Below, piece after piece: positions 1 through 7,848 of a stretch of DNA of 16,604 nt. The stretch covers positions 1 through 16,604 of the forward strand of contig JAWXCN010000140.1 of assembly GCA_034408725.1 (NCBI GenBank). Direction: 5' to 3'. The notes under the pieces were generated by a model. That model saw only the letters and a program-made list of their open reading frames with translations. It was not told where the DNA came from and did no database searches. Numbering within the stretch: position 1 is the stretch's first letter; each line of letters opens with the position of its first letter. The stretch comes from Candidatus Hydrogenedentota bacterium (GTDB taxonomy: Bacteria > Hydrogenedentota > Hydrogenedentia > Hydrogenedentales > SLHB01). The position numbers and the translations under genes were made by a program.

Positions 1-3000
1 ATCCAGATGTGTTGGGGCCTGCAACACGCGCATGATCGCGGGCTCGTGCATCAGGACGTGAAAAGCGCGAACGTCCTCATCGGCGCAAACGATATTGCCA
101 AGGTAACCGATTTCGGGCTGGCGCGCGCTTTCGCAGTGGCTGAGCAAAGACTTGACGAAGCAGCCATGATAGCCGGTGGCGTGACGAACGTCGGAATGAC
201 GCGCTTCTATTGCTCGCCGGAACAGGCCAATGGCGACAAGTTAACCAAGAAAACGGATATGTGGAGCTGGGCAATGTCCATGCTCGAAGCATTCACGGTG
301 AAAGTGGTTTGGTACCGCGGCACCGAAGGACCGCAGATATTGCAGAAATTTCTGGAACAGTCTGCCACGAATCCGAAGCTGCTTCCGATGCCCGCGCCGT
401 TTGCGGCCATCATGAAGCGTTGCCTTGAAGCAGATCCGGAGAAACGCCCGGAACACATGAATGAGATCGCCGTGGCGCTGATGGAAGCTTATCAGCAGGT
501 AAGCAGTGAAAAATATTTGCGCACACAGCCACGCGTGACGGAAGCGTTGGCGAACGGTCTCAATAACCGCGCGTTGTCCCTGCTCGACCTTGGCCGCGCG
601 CAGCACGCGGAACAGGCATGGTTGTCGGCGCTGAAAGCGGATCCGTATCACCCGGAATCTACGTATAACCTTGGCTTGATGCGCTGGCGCGGGGGACGCT
701 TGACCGATGAGCTGCTATTGCAGCGTTTGTTGGAGATAGCGAAATTCCATCCCCGTGAACGCTTGCCGCTGTGGTTACTCGCCGAAGTCTACATGGAACA
801 AAGTGAATTTCGCCGCGCGACAAAACTGCTTCGCGACCTCGCGCAGGCAATGCCCGAACGCCGCGATATACATGGCGCGCTAAAATTCGCGGAATCGCAC
901 CTCACCGCATCCCGGCGCCAAGAACTCGCTTACGAAGCGCACCAGGACGCTGTGACCGCGATCACATGTAGCCGCGACGGCCGTTTGCTGTTGACGGGAA
1001 GCGAAGATAACACCGTGCGCATGTGGGACCGGGCCACAGGCGTTTGCATTCGGGCATTTGAGGGGCACCAAAACTCGATCACTTCCGTGCATTTCACGCC
1101 GGATGCGCAGATCGCAATGTCGAGTTCTCAGGACCGCACCATAAAATTGTGGAACGCCAGCAACGGCGCCTGTCTGCGCACCCTCGAAGGCCATGCGGAC
1201 TCTGTCGAGGACGTGGCATTCTCCGAAGACGGCCGCCAGGCGCTATCGGCGGGACTCGATTCGTCGCTTCGCCTTTGGGACGTCAGCCAGCGCCAGTGCA
1301 CGGACGTTTTGGAAGGGCATCGCGGCGGCGTGCTCTCCGTCTCGATGGACCCTCCTGGGCTCACCGCCGTGACCGCGGGACAAGATGGGAGCGTGCGCGT
1401 TTGGGACGTTCGCGGCCGGCGGTGCACGCATGTGTTGCAGGGGCATACAGGCCCAGTAACGTGCATTACGATTAGCGAGGACACGCGCATCGCCGTGTCC
1501 GGTGGTGAAGATAGAACATTACGCGTTTGGCATCCTGGAGCCGGCAAACTGATCGCCACGTTTGAAGGACATCAGGGCCCCGTACAGAGCGTTGCGATCA
1601 GCGCAGACGGACGGTTTGCGGCGTCCGCCAGCCTGGATAAGACGGTGCGGCTTTGGGAACTTGGGACTGGGCGCTGCCTGAATACGCTCACCGGCCACCA
1701 AATGGAAACGACCGGTGTCTGTTTCGCGCGAGACCTTCGTCATTTATTCTCGACGAGCCGGGACAAAAAGGCCTTCGCATGGACTCTTGGACCCAAAAAC
1801 AGCGGGCACAAAGCGCCCACGATAATATGCCAGGCGCTTTCTTCCGAGGCGGCACAATCGATGGACCGCGCGTTCGAAGAAGCGCTCACCGCGGCGCGCA
1901 CCGCGCTCACGGCTGGCGACGCGCTTGGCGCCGCGCATCATGTCCGGCGCGCGCGAGCCCAGCCGGGCCGCAGACGCGCGCCCGAAGCGATGACCCTGTG
2001 GAGAGAGCTCTATACGCGCTTGCCGCGCGTCGCGTTCGATGGCGCGTGGGAACACGCGACGATAGGAGAAATCCAGGAACCGATAAAAACGATCTGCCTA
2101 ACCACTGGTGGACGCATCGCGCTGGTCGTTTCCGGGAAAAACACCATTTCCACCTGGGACCTCGTCCGCGTCACCCAAGTGCAGGATTTCGAACAGGACA
2201 CCGGCTCTATCGAATCCGCCAGTATGAGTGCCGATGGCAAATCAGTGCTCACGGGGGCATGGGAGATCAAACTGTGGGACGCTGCGAAGGGGGTCGTGAC
2301 ACAGTCGTTTGAACGCCAGTCTGATATTGTCAACGCGCTCGCCATCGGGCCCGACGGAAAGTTTGCACTGTCCGCGCAAACGCGCACCGTGCGCTTGTGG
2401 GAGACCGCAACGGGACGCGCCATGGGCGAATTGCAGGGCCACATGGGCGACGTCAACACCGTCGCATGGAGTAGCGATGGCCGCCTCGCGCTGACCGGCG
2501 GCGAAGACAAGCGCATCTTCGTCTGGGAAGCCGCCACGGGCAAGTGCCTACTCACGCTGGACGGGCACACGCAACCCGTCCGGTCTGCATGTTTCAGTTT
2601 CGACGGACTTTGCGCAGTCTCGGGCGGCGGGTCCATCTGGCAACGGCCAGGCGAAGTACGCGTATGGGACATCACAACTGGCCAGTGCGTTCATACATTG
2701 GAAGGACATACCGATTCCGTGCAGGCCGTCGCGATCAGCGCGGACACGCGGTATGTGCTTTCCGCGGGACGAGACAAAACCGTGCGCATGTGGGATATAC
2801 TTACAGGCAAGCACGTTCACACGTTTGAAGGCCACAACGACAGCGTGGAATCGTGCGCGTTCAGCATGGACGGACGATTTGTCGTGACTGGCAGTAAAGA
2901 CGAAACCATTCGGGTCTGGGCGATGGACTGGACACTGGAGGACCGTCCAGTTGCCGACTGGGATCCCGGCGCGGATGCTGTCGTGCGGAATTTTCTCACG

Positions 3001-3288
3001 CTCTGCACGCCCTACGGCGCGCAATTGCACGGCGAAAAATCTGCGAGCGAAAAAAAGATCATGCAGGCGCTCACTCATAGGGGTTCGCCGAAGTGCGACG
3101 AGAACGATATGTCTCGTTTGTTGTTTTCGTTGGGTTGCGCGGGATACGGGTGGCTTCATCCGCAGGGTGTTAAAGTGAATCTTGACCGCATGATCGGGTC
3201 GTGGCATGTGCCTTCCGGACTCCCCGAACGACCCGGCGCGGAAGGATCGATGACGCAAGCACTGATGAAACGATTCTTCGGACGGTAG
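1..3288 (+). CDS. Ser/Thr protein kinase with TPR-like helices and two WD40 beta-propellers (5'-truncated by window edge)
   Basis: The frame is open from base 1, and the ORF track calls 7..3288. Kinase motifs: LVHQDVKSANVL (catalytic loop), KVTDFGLA, YCSPEQ, DMWS. The Gly-rich loop and VAIK lysine are absent, so the true start lies upstream. TPR-like segment LNNRALSLLDLGRAQHAEQAWLSALKADPYHPESTYNLGL. Fourteen WD40 repeats in two blocks of seven. Confidence 0.95.
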   Translation: MQMCWGLQHAHDRGLVHQDVKSANVLIGANDIAKVTDFGLARAFAVAEQRLDEAAMIAGGVTNVGMTRFYCSPEQANGDKLTKKTDMWSWAMSMLEAFTVKVVWYRGTEGPQILQKFLEQSATNPKLLPMPAPFAAIMKRCLEADPEKRPEHMNEIAVALMEAYQQVSSEKYLRTQPRVTEALANGLNNRALSLLDLGRAQHAEQAWLSALKADPYHPESTYNLGLMRWRGGRLTDELLLQRLLEIAKFHPRERLPLWLLAEVYMEQSEFRRATKLLRDLAQAMPERRDIHGALKFAESHLTASRRQELAYEAHQDAVTAITCSRDGRLLLTGSEDNTVRMWDRATGVCIRAFEGHQNSITSVHFTPDAQIAMSSSQDRTIKLWNASNGACLRTLEGHADSVEDVAFSEDGRQALSAGLDSSLRLWDVSQRQCTDVLEGHRGGVLSVSMDPPGLTAVTAGQDGSVRVWDVRGRRCTHVLQGHTGPVTCITISEDTRIAVSGGEDRTLRVWHPGAGKLIATFEGHQGPVQSVAISADGRFAASASLDKTVRLWELGTGRCLNTLTGHQMETTGVCFARDLRHLFSTSRDKKAFAWTLGPKNSGHKAPTIICQALSSEAAQSMDRAFEEALTAARTALTAGDALGAAHHVRRARAQPGRRRAPEAMTLWRELYTRLPRVAFDGAWEHATIGEIQEPIKTICLTTGGRIALVVSGKNTISTWDLVRVTQVQDFEQDTGSIESASMSADGKSVLTGAWEIKLWDAAKGVVTQSFERQSDIVNALAIGPDGKFALSAQTRTVRLWETATGRAMGELQGHMGDVNTVAWSSDGRLALTGGEDKRIFVWEAATGKCLLTLDGHTQPVRSACFSFDGLCAVSGGGSIWQRPGEVRVWDITTGQCVHTLEGHTDSVQAVAISADTRYVLSAGRDKTVRMWDILTGKHVHTFEGHNDSVESCAFSMDGRFVVTGSKDETIRVWAMDWTLEDRPVADWDPGADAVVRNFLTLCTPYGAQLHGEKSASEKKIMQALTHRGSPKCDENDMSRLLFSLGCAGYGWLHPQGVKVNLDRMIGSWHVPSGLPERPGAEGSMTQALMKRFFGR
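928..1785 (+). repeat. WD40 block 1 (7 repeats of about 42 aa)
   Basis: Repeats run from AYEAHQDAVTAITCSRDGRLLLTGSEDNTVRMWD to TLTGHQMETTGVCFARDLRHLFSTSRDKKAFAWT, with regular (G)H...W(D/N/E/H/T) spacing. Confidence 0.9.
2056..2922 (+). repeat. WD40 block 2 (7 repeats; the first three lack GH)
   Basis: Repeats end in STWD, KLWD, RLWE, FVWE, RVWD, RMWD and RVWA. The last four begin with GH. Confidence 0.85.
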
Positions 3289-3356
3289 CGTAGTTTCGCG
3301 TGTGTGCGATTGCCCCCCCAATCACGCTCCCTCATATCCTTTCCGTGCTCGTTCTT

Positions 3357-3518
3357 GTGCTCGTGCTCGTGCTCGAAATCGATCTTCAATTCTTCCTATG
3401 ATCAAATAGTATCTCGCTCGCGCTTCTGCCCATAGCCGAAATTGTGTTCCTTGCTCGTCCTCGTAATAGTGGGTGATATGAAATGCGAAAGATCGATTAC
3501 GAGCACGAGCACGAGCAC
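3357..3518. repeat. 30-bp inverted repeat built from (GTGCTC)n/(GAGCAC)n hexamers, 102-bp spacer
   Basis: 3357-3386 GTGCTCGTGCTCGTGCTCGAAATCGATCTT matches the reverse complement of 3489-3518 at 29/30 positions. A partial third arm lies at 3452-3467. Confidence 0.9.
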
Positions 3519-3564
3519 GAGCACGAAGGCTACCCCCGTCACGTTACGTCGTAGCGCCGAATTC

Positions 3565-3592
3565 AATCTAAAATCTAAAATCCAAAATCTAA
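3565..3592 (+). repeat. Heptamer tandem repeat (AATCYAA)x4
   Basis: AATCTAA AATCTAA AATCCAA AATCTAA read directly. It is an AT-rich island in GC-rich DNA. Confidence 0.9.
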
Positions 3593-3671
3593 ACTCCAGC
3601 ATTGCCGCTTTCTCGCCATCCGGATGCGCATAGGGCATCATTGATCGGGAATTTATCTTCAGGAGCCGGTC

Positions 3672-5069
3672 TTGAAAGCACGTGAACTTACGAATCTTGG
3701 AATTCCGCGCGGGGAAACCATGCGGACCGCATTGGCGTCAATTGCCGAAGCGGCCAAAGCCGGATACGGCAAGCAGGATCTGCGCGCGGCTATGCGCGAC
3801 CTTGTCGCGACGCCGAGCGCATTCACGGCCCACGAACATTTTGGCGCGCTCGCCGCCGCGTTGATCGCCGATGCGGCGGATGAGCAGCATTTTGTGGCGC
3901 GCAGCGCACCGGCCCCGTACGCGAAATGGGGTAAGAACCTCGACGAAGGTTCCGTTGAGCAAATGCGCAATGCCTGCGCGCTGCCGGTTGCGGTGTCCGG
4001 CGCGTTGATGCCGGACGCGCATGTCGGCTACGGCTTACCGATTGGCGGCGTGCTTGCCACGCGAAACGCGGTCATTCCTTATGCGGTTGGCGTCGATATC
4101 GCCTGCCGCATGAAATTGACGGTGCTGGATTTGCCTGTTGGCGCGATCACCGGGCAAAGCGACCGTCTCGCGAAGGCGCTGGAAAACGAAACGCGCTTTG
4201 GCGTTGGCGCATCGTTTCGCGAGCGGCGCGAACATGACGTGCTGGACGCGGACTGGCGCGTATCGCCGATTACGCAGCAGCACAAGGATAAGGCTTGGTC
4301 GCAACTTGGCACCAGCGGCAGCGGAAACCATTTTGTCGAGTATGGATCGCTCGAAGTTCATGGAGCAGGGTTGCAGTTGGCGGAGGGAAAGTATCTCGCG
4401 CTGTTGAGCCATAGCGGCAGCAGGGGCACGGGCGCGGCCGTTGCCGATCATTACAGCAAACTCGCCATGAAACTCCATCGTGATTTGCCGAAGGAATTGA
4501 TGCATCTCGCGTGGCTTGATCTGGATTCGGAGGAAGGGCAGGAGTATTGGGCGGCAATGGAGCTTATGGGTAAATACGCCGCGGCGAACCATGCGTGCAT
4601 CCACCGGCACATCGCGAAGAACCTCGGCGCGAAGGTGTTGCTCGACATCGAGAACCATCATAACTTCGCGTGGAAAGAAACGCATAACGGCGAGCGCGTG
4701 ATTGTGCATCGGAAAGGCGCTACGCCCGCGGGCGAAGGCGTGCTCGGCATCATTCCGGGCTCTATGGCGACACCGGGATACATCGTGCGCGGTAAGGGCA
4801 ATCCGTTGTCGCTGAATTCCGCGTCGCATGGCGCGGGACGACGGATGAGCAGGAAGCAGGCGATCAAGTCGTTTACATGGTCGCAGGCGAAAAAGCTTTT
4901 GGCTGAGCGCGGGGTGACGTTGTTGTCCGCCGGGTTGGACGAAGTGCCGATGGCGTACAAGGACATTGATGAAGTGATGGCGGCGCAAACGGACCTGGTG
5001 GAGGTGCTGGCGCGGTTTGATCCGAAGATCGTGAAGATGGCGCCCGCGGGCGAGCGCGCGGAAGATTAG
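3672..5069 (+). CDS. rtcB: RtcB family RNA 2',3'-cyclic phosphate/3'-phosphate:5'-OH ligase
   Basis: TTG start with AGGAG at 3661-3665. Motifs MPDAHVGYGLPIGGV, VGVDIAC, LGTSGSGNHFVE, HSGSRG, HHNF, HRKGAT, PGSM, SASHGAGR (guanylylated His) and DEVPMAYKDI are all intact. Confidence 0.97.
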   Translation: MKARELTNLGIPRGETMRTALASIAEAAKAGYGKQDLRAAMRDLVATPSAFTAHEHFGALAAALIADAADEQHFVARSAPAPYAKWGKNLDEGSVEQMRNACALPVAVSGALMPDAHVGYGLPIGGVLATRNAVIPYAVGVDIACRMKLTVLDLPVGAITGQSDRLAKALENETRFGVGASFRERREHDVLDADWRVSPITQQHKDKAWSQLGTSGSGNHFVEYGSLEVHGAGLQLAEGKYLALLSHSGSRGTGAAVADHYSKLAMKLHRDLPKELMHLAWLDLDSEEGQEYWAAMELMGKYAAANHACIHRHIAKNLGAKVLLDIENHHNFAWKETHNGERVIVHRKGATPAGEGVLGIIPGSMATPGYIVRGKGNPLSLNSASHGAGRRMSRKQAIKSFTWSQAKKLLAERGVTLLSAGLDEVPMAYKDIDEVMAAQTDLVEVLARFDPKIVKMAPAGERAED

Positions 5070-5072
5070 CGG

Positions 5073-5118
5073 ATGGGAAGTGTGGGAATGATGGGAGAAT
5101 ATGGGAGGGATGGAAAGG
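5073..5118 (+). repeat. Degenerate 9-bp purine-rich tandem repeat (ATGGGAnnn)x5
   Basis: ATGGGAAGT GTGGGAATG ATGGGAGAAT ATGGGAGGG ATGGAAAGG directly after the rtcB stop. Confidence 0.75.
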
Positions 5119-5181
5119 TTGCTCTTTTCGGGCGCAGTGGCAGCGTGTTAGAGTGGAAGCGCGAAGGAAACGTACACACAC

Positions 5182-5904
5182 ATGGAACATGCTGGACTCT
5201 CTGGCGATATGCGCGCGGAACTGGCCGCGGTGGTGCCTTGCTATAACGCAGGGGGCCGGGTCGAACCGGTTGTGCAGGGGTTGCTGGCGCAACTGAATCA
5301 CGTTGTGGTTGTTGACGATGGCAGCACCGACGGGGGCACAGCGCCGTTGCAGGCGTTGGGCGCAAGCGTAATCCGGTTCACTGAAAACAAGGGCAAAGGT
5401 TTTGCGATGCTCGCGGGGTTTCGCGCGGCGCTTGCGGCGGAGGGCGTGGACGGCGTCGTGATCGTGGATGCGGACGGCCAGCACGATGCAAGTGAACTGT
5501 CGAATCTGTGGGAGACGTTCAAGCGAGAAGATGCAGATCTCGTCATCGGCACACGCACGTTCGACGGCAAGGAAGTGCCCCTGCGCAGCCGGGTCGGAAA
5601 CAAGTTCACCGCGGCGATGACGCGCGCATTGATAGGGGTCGCGCTGCCGGATACGCAGTCGGGCTTTCGTATACATTCGCGCCGTTTTCTTGAAGAAGTG
5701 CTCGGCAGTATTCGCGGCGGACGATACGAGACGGAAATGGAGATTGTGGTGATCGCGGCGAAGGGCGGCTACAAGATCGCCGCCGCGCCGATCCGGACGA
5801 TCTATGAAGAAGGAAATCCGTCGTCGCACTTCAATAAATTCCGGGATTCATGGCGGGTGATCCGGAAGTTGGTGGGCGCGGGATTAAAGCGAAAGAAGCG
5901 GTAG
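5182..5904 (+). CDS. Glycosyltransferase family 2, DPM1/polyprenol-phosphate glycosyltransferase-like
   Basis: Motifs VVPCYN, VVDDGSTD, NKGKG, DADGQH, DTQSGFR and RYETEMEI. An alternative ATG lies at 5209. Confidence 0.92.
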   Translation: MEHAGLSGDMRAELAAVVPCYNAGGRVEPVVQGLLAQLNHVVVVDDGSTDGGTAPLQALGASVIRFTENKGKGFAMLAGFRAALAAEGVDGVVIVDADGQHDASELSNLWETFKREDADLVIGTRTFDGKEVPLRSRVGNKFTAAMTRALIGVALPDTQSGFRIHSRRFLEEVLGSIRGGRYETEMEIVVIAAKGGYKIAAAPIRTIYEEGNPSSHFNKFRDSWRVIRKLVGAGLKRKKR

Positions 5905-6888
5905 TACGCGGGACTGCGAAGCGCGCCGAAGTATCCATTTCAACTGCCCCCATGCAAGAGGCACCTTCGCGGCATAAACGTGAATCGCATACCCTAGCGA
6001 AACCAATGGCGGGTGACCGTGCCGCCATGTGTTGAACGCGACGCGAGCCAGAATGAGACCCATGAGTGCCATAAGACCCATGAGTCCTATTAATCCGATC
6101 CACACCACCAAAACGGACGCGAGCGCCAAAACCGCGATGTAGGCAAGCGCCCAGCCAAAATTGCGGATCACATTCGGTTTCCACATGGGGTCTTTGGTAT
6201 TCCAACAGCGCGAGGCGATTTCGATGTAGGCGCGGCCCGTGGTCGTGCAGCGTTTCCAGTAATCGCGCAGGCCGCGAAAGCCAAGGTCGTGTTTGGCCAT
6301 GCGGGTGCGCAGATACCAGACTTTGTGGCCGGTGACATTGCGGATGCGCCAGCACAACAGCGGGTCTTCGCCCGTGCTCACGTCTTCCGGAAAACCGCCC
6401 GCTTGGTCAAACAGATCGCGGCGATACATTGCCGCGCCGCCGAGGACGTCAGACTCGCCCTCGACGGGATTCCAATCAATCTGCATTACACGAAATACGA
6501 AGGACGTGTTGGCTTCTTCGAGCGTCCCCGCTACCGCGCCAATGTCTGGATGTTCTTCGAGGAATCTCATCGCGCGCGCGGGCCAATCCGCATCGAGGTA
6601 CATATCGCCGTCGATAAATTGGATGTACTTACCAGTGGCGTGTTCCGCGCCGAGGTTTCGGTTCTGGGCGGCGCGCCTGCGTTTTTCGCCACCGAGAATG
6701 ACGACGCCTTCGACGAGGCGGGCTTCGTCAATGCTCTTGTCGTGAGAACCACCGTCGACGTAAATCACTTCTGTCATCGCGCCAGGGATTGCAATTGACC
6801 TTGCCGATTCGAGGCAATCGCGAATGTGTTTTCCTTCGTTATAGCCGATGACGACAAACGACAGATCGGGCGGCCGCGATTCGCTCAT
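5884..6888 (-). CDS. Glycosyltransferase family 2 with C-terminal membrane helices
   Basis: Motifs [27 protein letters not shown] (DxD) and GGFPED..GED, plus a hydrophobic C-terminus. The start overlaps the upstream glycosylase stop (ATGA). Confidence 0.92.
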   Translation of the reverse strand: MSESRPPDLSFVVIGYNEGKHIRDCLESARSIAIPGAMTEVIYVDGGSHDKSIDEARLVEGVVILGGEKRRRAAQNRNLGAEHATGKYIQFIDGDMYLDADWPARAMRFLEEHPDIGAVAGTLEEANTSFVFRVMQIDWNPVEGESDVLGGAAMYRRDLFDQAGGFPEDVSTGEDPLLCWRIRNVTGHKVWYLRTRMAKHDLGFRGLRDYWKRCTTTGRAYIEIASRCWNTKDPMWKPNVIRNFGWALAYIAVLALASVLVVWIGLIGLMGLMALMGLILARVAFNTWRHGHPPLVSLGYAIHVYAAKVPLAWGQLKWILRRASQSRVLPLLSL

Positions 6889-7526
6889 CGGTTCTTGAGG
6901 CTTTCATCTTCAAGCGCGCGCCATAGATACCACGAAGCGACGGACCGATACGGCCGCCATCCGTTGTTCTCCGCGAGCGCGTGCATCTCGTCCACTGTCG
7001 GAGCGGCGTTGAATCCGTAATGGCGCTGGATGGCATTGCGCACACCGAGATCGCCTACCGGTAACACGTCGAGACGAAACAGCGAGAACATCAGGAACAT
7101 GTGCGCGGTCCACACACCGATGCCTTTTACCTCGGTGAGCATTTCAATAATTTCATCGTCTGGCGCTCGAGAAAGACGGTTCAGGCGCAATCGGCCGTCT
7201 GCGACGCGCGCGGCCAGGTCCTTCACATACGAGACTTTTCCATTGGACAGGCCGGTCGCGCGCAGTGTGAGGTCCGGTGTCGCCAGGATTTGGTCCGGCG
7301 TGGGAAATCGCGCATCCGGGTGCACCGCGCAAAACCGGTTTATGATTGTTTGCGCGGCTTTGCCGGAGAGCTGTTGCGAGATGATCGAGCGCACGAGGAT
7401 TTCGTAATAGCCGCGGTGCGGACGCATTGCGCAGGGTCCCGCGCGCTTGATCACGCCGCGCAAAAACGGATCACGGCGCGCGAGATGTTTTTCGCCTGTT
7501 CTAAGGATTTCCTGGTGCTTGCTCAC
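6885..7526 (-). CDS. alkA: DNA-3-methyladenine glycosylase II (AlkA/HhH-GPD family, short form)
   Basis: [16 protein letters not shown], HhH motif [20 protein letters not shown] (catalytic Asp) and [16 protein letters not shown] start. Confidence 0.92.
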   Translation of the reverse strand: MSKHQEILRTGEKHLARRDPFLRGVIKRAGPCAMRPHRGYYEILVRSIISQQLSGKAAQTIINRFCAVHPDARFPTPDQILATPDLTLRATGLSNGKVSYVKDLAARVADGRLRLNRLSRAPDDEIIEMLTEVKGIGVWTAHMFLMFSLFRLDVLPVGDLGVRNAIQRHYGFNAAPTVDEMHALAENNGWRPYRSVASWYLWRALEDESLKNR

Positions 7527-7699
7527 GGTTCCGGGTTACCCTCAGTTTTTCGCGCTGCGCATCGAAGGGATTAGCGTAACAACTTTCGAGCGTGGAAACA
7601 CGTGTGGTCGCTCGGGGACTGCGCCGCGGCTGAAGACCGAGGCGCTCGAATGGCGCATGGTAATTCGGTATTGATGAGTCGTCGCGCTCTCTCCGGGAC

Positions 7700-7773
7700 T
7701 CGCCACCCTCGGCGATGGTAGCGCTACGTAGATTCGCCACCCTCGGCACTGCAAAGTCGCCGAAGTAGATTCG
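7700..7773. repeat. Interlocking short direct repeats in the divergent alkA/GT2 spacer
   Basis: TCGCCACCCTCGGC at 7700-7713 and 7734-7747. GTAGATTCG at 7728-7736 and 7765-7773. Palindrome GTAGCGCTAC at 7718-7727. Confidence 0.7.
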
Positions 7774-7848
7774 ATCTTGCATTCTAATCGTAATCGTATT
7801 CGACTTTCTATTCCTGTAAACTCCTGTGCCAACCGTGGAGGGGATCGC

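Noticed and set aside
3156..3641. Small ORFs 3156..3389(-), 3402..3641(-) and 3442..3633(+) with EHEHEH, VLVLVL or STSTST runs
   Set aside because: These are translations of the hexamer and heptamer DNA repeats, with no RBS or domain support.
4035..5829. Minus-strand ORFs of 317 aa and 318 aa
   Set aside because: They are antisense to rtcB and GT2, which carry clear family motifs.
5884..7526. DNA base-hypermodification system (glycosylase plus glycosyltransferase)
   Set aside because: The GT2 has membrane helices typical of envelope glycan enzymes, the glycosylase looks like ordinary AlkA, and no phage or modification genes are nearby.
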